Source: the human T2T-CHM13v2.0 reference genome, Homo sapiens
Assembly: GCF_009914755.1 (NCBI RefSeq)
Contig: NC_060943.1
DNA length: 64,000 bases
Strand: one strand, 5' to 3'
A program made the translations under genes and the position numbers. This document shows positions 40,301 through 60,184 of the stretch, one piece after another; within the stretch, counting starts at the first letter, position 1, and each line of letters begins with the position of its first letter. The notes beneath the pieces were generated by a model. It was not told where the DNA came from. It saw nothing but the letters and a program-made list of their open reading frames with translations, and did no database searches.

Positions 40301-42569
40301 CTAAAGGGACTGATTTACCACACTGTGGTTGCCGTAAGTCCCAAATTGTACCCTCAGCAGCAACTATATCATCCCAAGTCACAGCTCTACCCTCTAAAGG
40401 TGTGCCTGAGGCTTGTGCCTGCCATACTAACACATTAACCTGTCCAAAGCTTCCTTCAGAGCTGTGTCCCAGTCCCAAAGTGCCCCTTTCTAAAACATTG
40501 GGCTAAGTGTCAGATAAATGCTCTCCAATAATCCAAAGACCAACAAATGTCTGGATTTTTTTTCTTAAGAGAAATAGTATGGCTCTGTTTCCCAGGCTGG
40601 AGTGCAGTGGTGGGATCATAGCTCACTGTAGAAACTCGGGCTCAAGGGATCCTCCTGCCTCAGCCTCACAAGTAGCTGGGAGTAAAGGCACATGCCACTA
40701 TGCCCGGCTGTTTTTAAATTTTTTGTACAGATGGAGTCTCACTCTATTGCCCAGGCTGTTCTTGAACTCCAAGGCTCAAGTGATCCTCCCACCTCAGCCT
40801 CCCAAAGTGCTGAGATTACAGTTATGAACCAATGCACCCAGAACTCAAAAAGGAATATTTATAAGGGAAAATATCTAATGTTCAAATTGTTATGTATAGA
40901 GCAGTTAACGGGAACTATCATTTAGGGTCTATGGGATTCTAGGACACTAGGTATGAAACAAATATGAGGAAGGTCAGAGAACAAGCTGACTTGATGATTA
41001 ATGCTGAAGGTGCCGCAAGCTTGGTTTAAGTTTTCCTCCTCCCATCCTCCCTGATGAATTTGATAAAGTTTAAAGGGATGGTTTCACCGGGGGCTTTTTC
41101 CACTGACTGCAAGGAGGTGATCCCGCTTGGTAAATCTTCAGTAGGCCAAGCCTCTTACGTGGCTAGAATGATCCAGTCCATAAGGAAATGTCACCACCTG
41201 CTGTATTTTACACTTTGACCATCAAAGGGGTACAGGGTTTCCCCAGGGAGTTTGGTGGGATTTTAATTTTTTGTTTGTTTGTTTTGAGACAGTGTCTTGC
41301 TGAAGCGCAGTACCCAATTATAGCTCACAGCAGCCTCAAACTTTGGGGTTCAAGTGACTCTCCTGTCTCAGCCTCCTGAGTAGCTGAGACTGTAGGTACA
41401 CACACTTCTCCTTGGTAATTAAAAATTTTTTATGGAGATGGGAGGGTCTCACTTCACGGCTCAGGGTGGTCTCCAATCTCGGGCTTCAAGCGATCCTCCC
41501 ACTTTGGCCTCCCAAAATGTTGGGATTACAGGCGTGAGCCATGGCACCCGGCCTCCCAGGCTGTTGTTTGAAGGTCTTTGCAATCTCTAAGAGTTCTGCA
41601 GCAATTTATTCCCTGACAGTGAGAGTCTCATCCTTTGACCCCATTTTGCCGCAGTAGCTGAACGTTCACTTTTCTTTCCATAAGGGGGCGAGCTTGCCAG
41701 TGACCCTAATCCCTCTCCTCATCGATGACTTCTTTGTCATCAGAGCCTTCCTCTTCATAAATTCCCACGGAATCCAAGTTTTCACGTCCCAATCGGGCTT
41801 AGTTATGATAGCCACAGGCCCACACCAGCTGCCACAGCACCCCTGTCCCATGGAAACCGCCTGACTCTCTTCTCCCCAAGCGTCCTGTCCCAGGAGCCCC
41901 CATCATCTCTGCTCCCCCGGGCTCCAGGCCCTAGAGCCGCGCTGCTGCAGAGCCCGGTTCCCAGGGCTGCTCCCTCCATATATCCACATTCATCTCCAGC
42001 TCTCCACCCTCTCTCCAACCAGCCAGGCCCGGAGGTACTGCAGTGTCACTGAACGTGCGTCCCTCAGCTGCCACCTCCACCACGATCTGGAAATCTTTTA
42101 AATGCACTTAAGTTATCTTAGAATTTTCCTTCCCCACTTTATACATAAACATAGGAGGAGAGCAGGGACTCTGCTGGTGTCTTATTCACACAATGGGATT
42201 GAGGGTGTTTGTGTCATGGAACTGATCAATGGGGTGAGAAGTAGCTGAATAACCTGCAGGGGGCAGCAGAGCCCGAGGCCGGTGACTCAACGCTGAGGCC
42301 AGTGTGGAGCCTGCAAAGGAAGGGAAAGGAGCCTTTCCTGGGGGCTTCCGGGCAGCCCGCCCTCCCCTACAGGTGGCCTCCAATTGCTCAGAGCAGCTCC
42401 AGAAGGAGTGCGGATTCCGAGAAGCTGAAGAGCCCTGGAAAGCAGAAGACCCACATGCACACGTATGTGTGGGGGTTCTGTCCTTTCTGGTGTTGTACCT
42501 CTGGAGCCTGGGGCTGTCTTCTGGGCAGGGTTTGGGGTTTGACATGCATGGGGCCACTGGGGTCAGATT

Positions 42570-43094
42570 TGTAAGATACAGTGAATTTCTTTAAGTTTTT
42601 CTTTAAAGATTTAGCCTGCTAACTTCCTCGTCTTTTGTTCTCAAACTCAACTTTCCTGTTCCTCCTTGCCCCTAGTTACTTTAAAACAGCCTACCCCGTT
42701 CCCATCAGCTCTAATCAATAACTCACATCTGTTCCCTTGGTTACCTGTACCCATTGTTCCCCCAAAACTGCACATCTCACATGCTCCACCTCTGTACCTC
42801 ACATCCCCCTCCCCTTCTATATTTAGAAAAATATGTACAAGCAGCCAATCGGGTCAGCTCAGACTGTGCGGTCCGACCCCAGCCCATGGGGGAGTAACAC
42901 AGAGATAGGGACCGCATTAAGGATAAAAACCTCCTGGTCTCCTTTGTTCTCTGTGCTCTTGTGATCTTGATTGACGTGAGTGGCACCCTTCTGCAGTAGT
43001 AAATTGCCTTGCTGAGAGAATTAAAATTTTGCCTGAGTGCTGGTTTTACTTCACGGCACCAAGCTTTTATTCCGGGAGCATTTTATATCCAACA
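42570..43094 (+). mobile_element. 5' LTR (LTR10 family)
   Basis: Direct repeat of 48206-49042 once the Alu is removed; CCAAT at 42845. Confidence 0.88.
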
Positions 43095-43098
43095 ATTC

Positions 43099-43116
43099 TA
43101 GGGGATCGTCCGAGAT
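43099..43116 (+). promoter_or_regulatory. Primer-binding site, tRNA-Pro
   Basis: taggggatcgtccgagat vs TGGGGGCTCGTCCGGGAT (15/18). Confidence 0.85.
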
Positions 43117-43655
43117 CCCCATGCTCCTTTTGGAAGAGTTCTTCAGTCACCCTACCCTGGGGAGACGCGTCCCACTGCCCCATTGCGGTGGCCTCAGGGA
43201 CAGGAGATCGAGACCCACCCATTTTGACGAATAAACCCGGACTCTCAGCAACGCGGGGAAGAGAGGCTTGCAATACCGCAGCGACCAGGTAAACTCTGTG
43301 CACAGACCAAGGTGGGAAACGTTGCAGGGGCAACAAAGTAATTCTTTGGTAGTCGGAGGGGTGTGTCAGGGCATTCTGGGGGTTGAAAGTGCATGAATGG
43401 TAACAAGCACTACTGCTGTGCGGAGCGAGTGAGTCCAATCTGCGGTTCTGTGGTCACCTCACACGGCTTAGGGCAGCCCTGCGGGGGTCCTGTCACAGGT
43501 TTATACGGACCTGCCATCAATGCTAAGAGGAACCTGAAACAAACCTGCGAGGGAAGCGGCCAGAGTGGATGAAGCGAAAGAAGGGTGCAAGGAACCTCCA
43601 GCAGGTGGAGCTAAAGGATAGTGGAATTGAGCCTTAGCCACACTTCCAGTGAGGG

Positions 43656-43845
43656 ATAGGCAAAAGACCTCCTAATATGAGGGGTTGAGCCACAAGGAAC
43701 CCCCCAAATAGGCAAGAGATCCTTAATTTGAGAGGCTGAGCCACAAGGAACCCCCAAAATAGGCAAGAGATCCTTAATATGAGGGGTTGAGCCACAGCAA
43801 GCCCCCCTAGGCAAGAGATTCCTATCACGAGGGATTGAGCCTAGC
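43656..43845 (+). repeat. ~51-bp tandem repeat (~3.7 copies) in the proviral leader
   Basis: ataggcaagagatccttaatatgaggggttgagccacaaggaacccccaa units start at 43656, 43708, 43759 and 43807. Confidence 0.9.
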
Positions 43846-43856
43846 CAGGACCCAGT

Positions 43857-44165
43857 ATAGGAAATATTACAAGCAAAAAAGACAAAGTTAGCAACAAAGA
43901 TATCCCCCCTAATAGTCCCCTAGGTCTCATGTTAAAACATTAGAAAGATAATGAAAAGACTAAACATAAGAAAAAGCAATTAGTGATAAAATATTGCTGT
44001 TCCATTTAGACTCAAGAACGAATCCTTGAACCCTTAGTTTTCTGGCCAGAATTTAAGTCGAATGAGGGATGGATTTGTGAACTTCTAATAGAAAATGTTG
44101 CTAGTAGAAGACCTGCCTCCTGAGAAGAAACAAATTATGCCCTATGTTAGTTGCAAGGAGTTGTC
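43857..44165 (+). pseudogene. gag matrix remnant
   Basis: (I)GNITSK..IPPNSPLGLMLKH*KDN..KYCCSI*TQE..FWPEF..YALC*; class I ERV MA pattern. Confidence 0.85.
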
Positions 44166-44884
44166 CTTTCCCCTCCTCCAAGGATTGAAAGGAGCAAGTC
44201 AAAAACTAATATTTGGAGGAAAATGAGTTGTACATGTGCCCTATTAAGATAGAACCATCTTTAATGAAAAAGACAGTGAAGGAAGGGGCTTGGGGGATCC
44301 TAGCAAAAAGAACAACTCGCAAGATCCCCTAGACCATTCCCCACCTAATACCCAACCCTTCCCCTCAGGCATCGCCCAGTAAGTCTGTTCTTCCCCAGCC
44401 TAAGTCCCTCTCCCCTAAAGAACTCCAAGCTCCTAATTCACCAGATGGCTTTTGCCAGGCTAGCAACATGAAGGATCTGCCGCAACATGTTGTCAGCGTT
44501 GTCTGGCCCATAGTGCACCCCTGCAGCGGCAAAGCCCATGCTCCTGCCCACTGGCTGGTCCAAGGTCCTGGCACTGTATTGACGGCAGCTCTGCATGACA
44601 TGCGAGCCAGGCCCCAGCCTATGCCCCATGCAAACTACATTATAGGATATCTGCCTTACTTTGCTGAGGCTAAGTAATACGGGGCTTCAGCGATGGCTCC
44701 AAGCAGCCTGGCATCCCCGCAGCTAAGTTTCCTGAGCAAGAAGTAGATAATCTTTCAGCGGATATATCCACTAGCATTTATTATAGTCAGGCCAGTGTTA
44801 AAAGTGAAAATATCCACCAGAAAAGAACTCTGATTCTTTAAAGTCACCTATGTTAAAATGTACCACCAAAAAAGAATTACATGT

Positions 44885-45959
44885 GTATAAATATGAGGCT
44901 ATTCTGTTAAAAATGATAGTTTAATGTTACTAGTAATTTGCTTAACCTAACAAGTTTCTTAACGAAAGATCCAAATCTAAAAAGGAAGCACACATGTTTA
45001 GATTTAACTGATTACCATACAAATGTCCGGCCAAACTTAAGAGAAACCCCCTTCAAAAATGATTAAAGGAAAAAGGATTCAACAGATGTTCAATAATAAA
45101 TAGAGAAGTTCCTAGAGAAATAAAATTTAAAAATTGTTTAATAGTTTACCCAAATTTGTAAGCTGTTTGCACTTAGTCAAGCTTTAAAGTAACTGCAAAG
45201 GAACCATCTATACTAATCTATATTGATTCTAAATACACCTTTATCGTGGCTCATACATTTAGAAAATTTCAGACAATAATAAAGGTCAAAGCCTTGTTCA
45301 TGAAGAGTTAATAACCCAAGTGTTAAATAACCTTCAGTTACCAGAAAAAAAAAAAAAGCTATTTTCCACGTCCCCAGGCACCAAAAATCCTATCTTTCAA
45401 GAGTTAAGAAAATAACCTAGCAAATCAGATAATCCGAACCAGCTGCCGTTTCTCCTGTAGGCACTGAAGGGAATTCAAATGTTATTTAAACCTCTTATGA
45501 AAGAAGTCCTATCCCACCTAAATTAGAGGACCCATTAAAGACCTCAAGCTATGTATAGCACAGTTAAAGTTTATATGTGTATGAAAATGTACATCCTTAG
45601 CCAAACAAGTCTAGAAACTTAGTTGCCATAACTCAAATGTCTTCTGTCTTCCTATTAATCCAAACTACCTCTCAAAGCAATCCACTGCCAACATTCCTAC
45701 ATACTTGGTTTATCTTCCACTTTCTCTTCCCTCAAAACTCACAATTTTCCAGTACAGGTGCGGCTCCTGGAGTTCCCAGTGCGTCAACACCGGCCTGAGG
45801 AGCTGGCCTAGTACTTCCCACCATTGAAACTGCAGTCTGGACAGCAGAGAAAGGATAGACCCATCACACCCGAGTCAAGAAAGCACCGCCACCCCCAAAG
45901 TCGTAGGCCATTATTCCAGGGGAAAACCCCCTCAAACTAAAGCTAAGAAAAATTTAACC

Positions 45960-45960
<1 letters not shown>
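44885..45960 (+). pseudogene. pol remnants (connection/RNase H; integrase C-terminal pieces)
   Basis: KYEAILL, HTCLDL.DY, LFALSQAL, YIDSKY, HVPRHQ, NNLANQI, TAEKG*THHTRVK. Confidence 0.8.
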
Positions 45961-48185
<2,225 letters not shown>

Positions 48186-48205
48186 GAAAATTAAAAGGGA
48201 GGAAT

Positions 48206-49042
<837 letters not shown>

Positions 49043-49052
49043 GAGATATTCA

Positions 49053-49353
<301 letters not shown>

Positions 49354-49899
49354 TCAAAAAAAAAAGAAAAGAAAATGTGTGAAGATCAGGCTAGAGACAG
49401 AAATGTTTGGGAGCGTCACCTGGATAAAGGGTTCATGAAGTTGGCAGTTTATTTAGGTCAAAAGCTTAACTTAACCCCTGGAGAGAGTTTCCTGCTGGTG
49501 AAAATGAAGATCTGGAAGGAGGAAGCATTTTCACACTGTGAGGAGGGGATGGGGGTGTGAGAGCAAGTCTTAGCCATGCCTCATCCCCAGTTGCGGCCCG
49601 CTCCAAGACATATGCCTCTCCTCCTGGCGCAGTCGTGTCTGGCCTGGTCTCGGTTCCCCTGCTGCTCTGAGGCAGGAGATGGCTCCTGTGGACACTGAAT
49701 CTGAAATTCCCTGCACACTCCTCTGACCCCATGCAGAACGAAGGAGCAGGGACAGTCCCTTGAGTGAGGAAGACGCTAGTGTTCTCCTCTATCAATAGCA
49801 AGTTTGGCTGAAATGCAAATATCCAATAACCAGAGTGCAGGAAGGAGCTCGCCCTTGGAAAAGCTGTGGTCAGAATCCGTCTGTCTGGCTCTGCAGGGC

Positions 49900-50545
49900 C
49901 CGATACCCAGGGCTTCCGCTGTCACTCAGACATGGGGGGCGGGGCCTAGCATTCCATCCAATCAGAGGCATTGTGGCGGGTCCCTGCCCACTGTTCCTCC
50001 AGACACTGAGGGGGTCGCATTCCTTACCTCACCTTTGTCCCTGCGCGGGCTGCGGCTGGGATCCGGTCTTTCCAGCCCCGAGAGGGACCTGGTTCCTCTG
50101 CCCAGGCTTCTGTCACTCTGTCACCTACGCTATGCCCTGCTGTAGTCACAGGAGGTGTAGAGAGGACCCCGGGACATCTGAAAGCCAGGAAATGGTGCGT
50201 GTCTGGGGCCGGGTGTCGTGAGACGGGGGAGGGGCTGCCTGGACCGACCGGAACCGACTGTGGCGAGACCCTGGCTTTCCTGCGGGCGACTTTGGGATCT
50301 GGGACCGAGTCCTCCTGGAGCCGCTCGGCCCTCGGTCCCCTCGACTGCTCGGTGTGGCTGGGCCGGTAGCCGGGACACCAGGCGTCCTGTCTCGTCTCTG
50401 CGCGGCGACTGCGGTTCCAGAGCCCTCTGTGGGCAGCTCCGCGCCCGCAGCCACGCGTCTACCCAGATTGTGCGGGGGCCACGGGAGGGTCATGTGGGTG
50501 ATCCCGACTCGGGTGTGGGGTTCGTGCTTGGGAGGAGCAGCGGTC
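49900..50545 (+). promoter_or_regulatory. CpG-island promoter of KRAB-ZNF gene 2
   Basis: GC box ~49934-49945, CCAAT 49958-49962, CpG-rich; paralogous to 10850-11480. Confidence 0.9.
50132..50194 (+). CDS. ZNF69: KRAB-ZNF gene 2 exon 1 ([21 protein letters not shown]); remaining exons lie beyond the window
   Basis: 21 codons, ATG|gtgcgt donor; peptide matches my recollection of the ZNF69 N-terminus and the cluster order. Confidence 0.75.
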
Positions 50546-50850
50546 TGTGGGGCCCCCAGTGTCCACTTTTTCTCCTGTTAAAAATTAAACTGAGGAACGT
50601 TAACAAAGAGTTCATTTGAGCAAACAGCGATTCACGAATGAGACACACCCAGTCCTGGCTTGTGGTTTGTCAACGGAAAAAGCCAAACTATGTAAAATAA
50701 AGAAGTTTATTCGGAGCCGAATAGGAGAGACCTTGGCCGAGGGAAAAACAACCCCAAGAAGCCTGGAGTAAGTGGTCCCGAGGCGGCTCAAGACAGTTTG
50801 GTTTTATTCATTTTAGAGAGACAGGAATTGCAGGGAAAATCATGAATTAG

Positions 50851-51093
<243 letters not shown>

Positions 51094-51499
51094 TTACTTG
51101 AATCCAGGAGACAGGTTGCAGTGAGCCCACACAGTGCCACTGCACTCCAGCCTCAGCACAGAGTGCGACTCTGTCTCAAAACAAAAACAAAAACAAAAAA
51201 CAGAAAGGGCGGGACCTGTGGAAGGGGGGTTAGAAGGCACAGGTGGTTGAGGGATTCTGTAGGTGGCAGCTGGTTGAGAGTGTGAAGCTTTGTCTAAAGT
51301 TTGGAGGAGGTAGGAAGGAATGCTGAAGGAAGGGGGTCTGTTATCTGCCACTTGATTCCATCCCAGCCAAAAAACAGACCTGTTTCTCTAGATTTTATGA
51401 ATTCTAAGGTGTGACTTACCCTTGTCTTGCGTGGCCTTAGGTCTTGTTTGTAATTTGGTATCTTCTTGCCACAAGGAGTCTGTTTTTCCAGTCAGATAA

Positions 51500-52813
<1,314 letters not shown>

Positions 52814-53599
52814 TGCACCACCACGCCTGCCTAATTTTTGTGTTTTTAGTAGAGATGGGGTTTCACCATGTTGGCCAGGCTGTTCTCGAACTCCTGACCT
52901 CAAGTTACCTACCTGCCTCGGCCTCCCAAAGTGCTGAGATTCCAGATGTGAGCCACCTCGCCAGGCCAGAAGATAGATTTTTATTTTTAGTTTATAGGTT
53001 GAAGCCTCAGCTTTTATAAGGTACATGAGGAGACAAACCAGATAAATGCTTGATTGGTTGCAGAGATGCAGTCGCCTTATTTGGACTTGCCAGCCCGAAA
53101 TAATTCAAAGGTTCAGATTTCAGTTTGAAGAGTTTATTCAAGCAGAAAGATAGCAATGGCCCATTCAGGAAAAAAAACAGACTCCAGAGAAATGGACTCA
53201 GTACTCTAAAATTAGAAGTTAAGTTCTTTCTTATATTACCAGGAAAAGAGGTCCTGATCAGACCCCAAGAGAGTTCTTGGATCTCACACAGGAAAGAATT
53301 CAAGACGAGTCACAAAGTGCAGTGAGAAGGGAGTTTGTTGAAAGCTACTCTGGGCCAGCATGATGGCTTAGATCTGTTTTCTAAGCACATTGGGAGGCCG
53401 AGGCAGGAGGATCACTTCTAGTCAGCAGTTCGAGACCAGCCTGGGCAACATAGGGAAACCCCATCTTTTCCAAAAATAACAAAAATTAGCCGGGTGTGGT
53501 GGCTTGCACCTGTAGTTCCACGTACTCGGGAGGCAAGCGTTCAAGACCCAGCTGGCCAATGCAGTGAGAGCCTGTCTGTATTAAAAAAAAAAAAAAAGA

Positions 53600-53672
53600 A
53601 AAGAAAGAAAGGAAGGGAGGGAGGGAAGGAAGGAAGAAGGAAGGAAGGAAGAAAAAGGAAGGAAGGAAGGAA
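53600..53672. repeat. (GAAG)n/purine-rich simple repeat from an Alu tail
   Basis: gaaggaagggaggagggaaggaagg... Confidence 0.85.
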
Positions 53673-55025
53673 GAGAGTGATTCTCTGTTACAGAGTAGGG
53701 CATCCTCATAAAGCAAGTGGAGGAATGTACTAAGTTTTTCTTAGGTAGGGATCTTGTCTATGTAAAGACTAAACTAAGCTGTGCCTACCTGCATGGGGGC
53801 TGACAGCATCACAAAATTTATTACTCTATTGATTTAAAGAAAACTATCCTTTACATTTTAGCACCCAAGTGCATTAAAACAACTATAATTATCTTGAAAG
53901 CACATATTGTTATGGGTATTGGGACATCAGGACATTCTGTTGTTGTGGGAGTGTAAGGATACTTGCAGGCATCTTCAGGCTGTTTTCTTCATGGGAAACT
54001 TTATGATCATGGGTTGTGACTGGCAAGGAGTGTTTCTTGTTAGTCTCAAGATGGAGCTGAACTTAAATTGGTGTTTCTCTGGCTCCCCTAGGCACCTGCT
54101 TCCCTAACACTTGTATAGGGAAAAGGCAAATAAATATAATAGGATTGCATTTTCCATAGAAGGCTGATGTATGAGGTACAATAATTTAATTTTATTTTTT
54201 TCTTTGAGCGAATGTCTTGTTCTGTGGCCCAGGCTGGAGCAGTGGTGCGATCATGGCTTACTGCAGCCTTGACCTCCCTGGCTCAAGCACCTCAGCCTCC
54301 CAAGTAGCTGAGACTACAGTCGCCCACCAGCACTCCTGGCTGATTTTTTTTTTTTTTTTTTTTTTTGTATGCAGGTGGCATCTTGATATGTTGCCTAGGC
54401 TGGTCTCTAGCTCCTGGCCTCAAACAGTCCTGCTTCCTTGGCCTCCAAAAGTGCTGCGATCACAGACGTTAGCCAGTGCACCTGGCTAGCAACTTAATTT
54501 GTTATGGTTTGCTTTTTTCCCCCAGCGCTTGTTTTCTTTTCTTTCTAGCTGTTTTTTATTTCCTTTTCAATTTAAAAGAGTGAATTCAACATTCCAGCTG
54601 AAGACAATGTGATAGCCATGAAGTCTTTGTGTGAGAAAGTTAAGAGGGAAGTTAGTCTACTACAGAGATCAGTAGTGAAGAGGGGCCCAGTGGGATGGCT
54701 CACACCTGTAACCCCAGCACTTTGGGAGGCTGAGGCAGGTGGATGGCTTGATCTCAGGAGTTCAAGACCAGCCTGGGCAACATAAGTGAGATGCCATCTC
54801 AATTGTGAAAAATCATATTAAATAAATAAAAAAAAAGTGAAGAGGGAAAGGGTCTTTCCTGTTTCCCTTCAGTCATTTACAACATTTTACAAAACACTAT
54901 AGGTAAGAAAGAAGGCGAATCTGTAATCAGGGAAAGGAGAGTTCCAGCTGGCTATGTGAAAGCTGTGTGTCATGTGACTCAACCCCATGATTGCATTGCT
55001 TCAAGATAGAGATCCACCAGCTTAA

Positions 55026-55301
<276 letters not shown>

Positions 55302-56374
55302 TGAAGTGGTGGGATTACAGGTATAAGCCAGCTTTCCTGGCCTGACTTAGGTAGAAATTTTCTAGTTATGTAATCAGAGGTTAATTGGTGGATTCTGCCT
55401 GATTAAGCATAAATTTTGTTTCCCTATAGATTAATAATTTTGAAGAGTTGTATTTAAATTTGCTTTCAGGGTCTTTAAGTAGGACCTTCGGACACTGCAT
55501 ACAGTTCGGTCTCATTGTTTTTTATTTAAAATTTTCCACAATCTCCAGGGAGACTGTTTTCCCCTGGCATTTTCCAAATATATGGGATGCCGGATCTCAA
55601 ATCCTCCACCCTCATACCACAGCCTGACTCTTCAAGGGCTTGCAGTGAAATCTGTGTCTGAACATTTCACATGAGAGGAAAGCAGTGAATAACCACTAGA
55701 CATTTTCCCGAAAAATCCTTTCTGCCTCTCCTCCTTTTATCTTTCCTAGACACAGTCACCTTATCAGGATGTCTTTGGGATGCGGTTCCTTTCTGGAAAC
55801 ATTACAGGGTGATGTGTCTTCAGTGCACCCTCCTATCTTTTCCTGGTTTTGGGTTTTAGAACTGCCCGGGGCTGACTCAAGATGCCCACAACTGCCATGT
55901 CTCCCGGAGGGTCTCATGGGTATTAGTGCCTTAGGGGAGTGGGGCCTCCCGAGGGAGCAGCTGAATGCCTTGTGGTGGAGGAGATGCCTGGTATACTCTT
56001 CATCTACATAACCAATTCTTGGGGTGCTCAACTTCTCTCTCCCAACTCCAATTTCCATTAATTGGAGACACATAGACAGTCAGCCAATTGGATGTTGCTA
56101 TTGAGGAAAAAGAGAAATGATTCCTGTCCTCTGGATTGTCTCAACCGTGAAGGGAGAAATATCCCAAAAGACAAGGAACAGCCACTCCAACATAGTGGAG
56201 CAATTGCCTGCAAAGCAAGATATGCATGGGGGTACACAGGGGACACAATGCAGTGTTGGTGGGAAATAGTCATTGAGCACTTCTCCTTTCCTCTCATGTG
56301 AAATGTTCAGAGAATCACCACCAGACACTCCCGTGTGAAAATTTGTATGCATCTCCTCCTTTCATCTATCCTAA

Positions 56375-56646
<272 letters not shown>

Positions 56647-58284
56647 CTAAAAACAGAGATCTTATCAGATTGTCTTTTGGTTGAGGCTCCCCTTTGGAAA
56701 CTTCAAAGGGTATTGTGTCTTCAGCACACTCTCCTATGTTTTCTTGGTCCTGGGTGGTAGAATGGGGTGACCTAATATTCCCACAGCTGCCATGTCTCTT
56801 GGAGGGTCTAGTGAGTATCAGCCCCTGAGTCACTCCTCCCAGGGGACAGACTGAGGTAGGAGAATGGGGACTCCCAAGAGAGCAGCTGAATGCCTTACGA
56901 TGGAAGGAGACTCCTAGTATACTCTGCATCTAGATAGCCAACCCCTCGAGATGCTCAGCTTTTCTTTCCCAGTCCCAGTTTTCGTAAGTTGGAGACACAT
57001 GGCTGGTCAGCCAGTTGGATGGTGCTATTGAGGGAAAGGAGAAATGATTCCTGTCCTCTGGATTGTGTCAACTGTGAAGGAAGACAAAACCCCAAAAGAC
57101 AAGGAAAGCCCACCCCAACGGGGTGGACCAGTAGCCTGCAAATCAGAATATGAAATTGAGGTTCACAGCGGGGCATAGTGCGGTGTTGGTGGAAAGTAGT
57201 CACGAGCGCTTCGGTGAGCAGGATGGGGGTGGAGAGATGTCTCATGTGATAGGGTGACCTGTGCTGACACATGAGTCAGACATCACTGTGTTCCAGCCAG
57301 TATTGCCCCTCTGTGGGCTTGTCCCTTGTAAAGAATAGTTCATAGATTGCAGCTTGAGTATTTCAAATTAACTTTACGTTGCATTTTTCACTAGAGCCAA
57401 ATCCAAGAATGATTGCATAGATCAGGTAAGACACAGAAGAGGCAACTCAACAAAGCCCATGACATACAGTGCATGGCTCACAATCCCAGGAGATGAGGGC
57501 AGCACAGCTGCAGAGCAACACAGAGTGGGGAGAACATCCAGGATGCACATTCAACCAGCAGGTGGGGAGCAAGACAGACAGGGACCTGTGGGCCAAAGCG
57601 TTTCTCAGGGTCCAGGGAATTGAACAAGGAGACGTCGCTCAGGGAGTTGTTTCTGGTGGATTTAGAGCAAGCAGGCACTAGTTCTGTGAAGTCATACTGT
57701 GATTAAGAGGTGGTCTGTACCATCCATGTGGGGTGTAAGGGTCAGTGGTACAAGTCAAATTGGTTATATCTAGCTGTCCCACAGGGAGGTGGTCACCAGA
57801 ATGCAGTCGTGTAAGAAATATATGTGAGTTGACCACATGGAGGAAATGGGAGGAGGTGGAGAACTAGAAACTGTTAAGTTTGAATAAAGTTTTTTTCCGT
57901 TATGAGAAAGTTAAATCCATAAAGAAAATGCATGCTAAGGTAACATATAACTATAAGAACTCAGTATAAGAGGCAACTCTAGAATTAATTAAATTATTGT
58001 ATGTGGAGATGATGGGTAGTAAACTGATTATTCTCCTGTAGATAACCATTTGTCGCTGCTTTTTCTGTTAAGTGTTCACCACTTGTATCATTGGCTGGCA
58101 ATACCTGGTTTGTCATAGTTTCACATTACCTTAAACAGATGCCCAGACTGGGCATGGTGGCTGACGCCTGTAATCCCAGCACTTTGGGAGGCTGAGGCGG
58201 GCGGAACACCCGAGGTCAGGAGTTTAAGATCAGCCTGACCAATATGGTGAAACCCTGTCACTACTAAAAGTACAAAATTAGTCA

Positions 58285-58464
<180 letters not shown>

Positions 58465-58575
58465 TCACAATTTGCTGTTTTCCATTGGTCTATCTTTCCA
58501 TCTCTCTGATAATACCATTTTCTCTTAATTAGTATAACGTTCAAAGCTGTGGTGTTTAGTGGGTATATTGCCTGT

Positions 58576-58950
58576 CTATCTTAGTCATCTTGGGCTGCTA
58601 TATCAAATTACCATAGACTGGGTGACTTAAGGGATAAACATTTATTTCTGGCAGTTCTTGAGGTTGTGAAGTCCATGTTAAGGGAGCTGGCAGATCTAGT
58701 GTCTGGTAAGGGCCCGCTTCCTGGTTTTGCAGATGGTCATCTTCTTGTGTTTCTTCATGTGACAGAGGAGAGGAAGCCGGCTCTCCTGTGTCTTCTTATA
58801 AGAGCACTAATCTCATTCAGAAAGGATCGACTCTTATGCTGTCATCTAATCCTAATTACTTTTCAGAGATGTCAACTTCTAATACTATATTGGGGGTAGG
58901 TTATTAATGTGTGATTTTTTTGGAGTGATGCAAATATTCATGCCGTAACA
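58576..58950 (-). mobile_element. MaLR LTR (MLT1A-like)
   Basis: tcttagtc..gggctgcta..aaattaccatagactgggtg..aaacatttattt..tctggtaagggc..taattac..taaca. Confidence 0.75.
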
Positions 58951-59394
58951 CCCCCCAACCATATTCTATAGAGCATCTTGGCTATTCTTAGTCATTGTCT
59001 TGTATTTCGGTTTTTAGAAGTAGTTTTTTCTTAATTTTAGTGAAAAAAACAAACTGCCTTGTAAATTTCATGGACTAAAATATAACTGTAGTCATATTTC
59101 AGAAACGTTACATCATAGTGCTATTTAATCTCCTTTTAAGGACACATGACATTTTTTCATTTATTTCATTTTATATTGATGTTTTTCAGTGTAGACTTTT
59201 TGCATAATAATCATTTTATATCCTTCCTGAGACTTTTTTGGACTTGAAGAAAATTAGTTTTAATAGAAATTAGTGGCTGGGCATGGTGGCTCATGCCTGT
59301 AATCCCAATATTTGGGAGGCTGAGGTGGGTGGATCACCTGAGGTCAGGAGTTCAAGACCAGCCTGATGAACATGGAAAAACCTTGTCTCTACTA

Positions 59395-59553
<159 letters not shown>

Positions 59554-59892
59554 TCAAAAAAATAAAAATAAAAATAAAAATAAAGAGATTATTCCAGCAT
59601 CGGCAACATGGCAAACTTTGCCTATACAAAAAATTACCTCGTCACTGTGATGTGTGCCTGTAGTCCCAGCTACTCAGGAGGCTGAGGTAGAAGGATCTGT
59701 TGAGCCTAAGAGTTCGAGGCTGCAGTGAGCTATGATTGCACCGCTACACTCCAGCCTGGGCAACAGAATGAGACCCTGTTTGAAAAAAAAAAAAAAAGAG
59801 TCAGGTGCGGTAGCTCACGTCTCTAATCCCAGCACTCTGGGAGGCCGAGGCGGGTGGATCACAAGGTCAGGAGATCGAGACCATCCTGGCTA

Positions 59893-60184
<292 letters not shown>

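Noticed and set aside
42570-43094. p53 response element reported for some LTR10 subfamilies
   Set aside because: No convincing paired RRRCWWGYYY found by eye in either LTR
43656-43845. Regular repeat that superficially suggests a CRISPR array
   Set aside because: Contiguous diverged units with no unique spacers, inside a primate ERV leader; no cas genes
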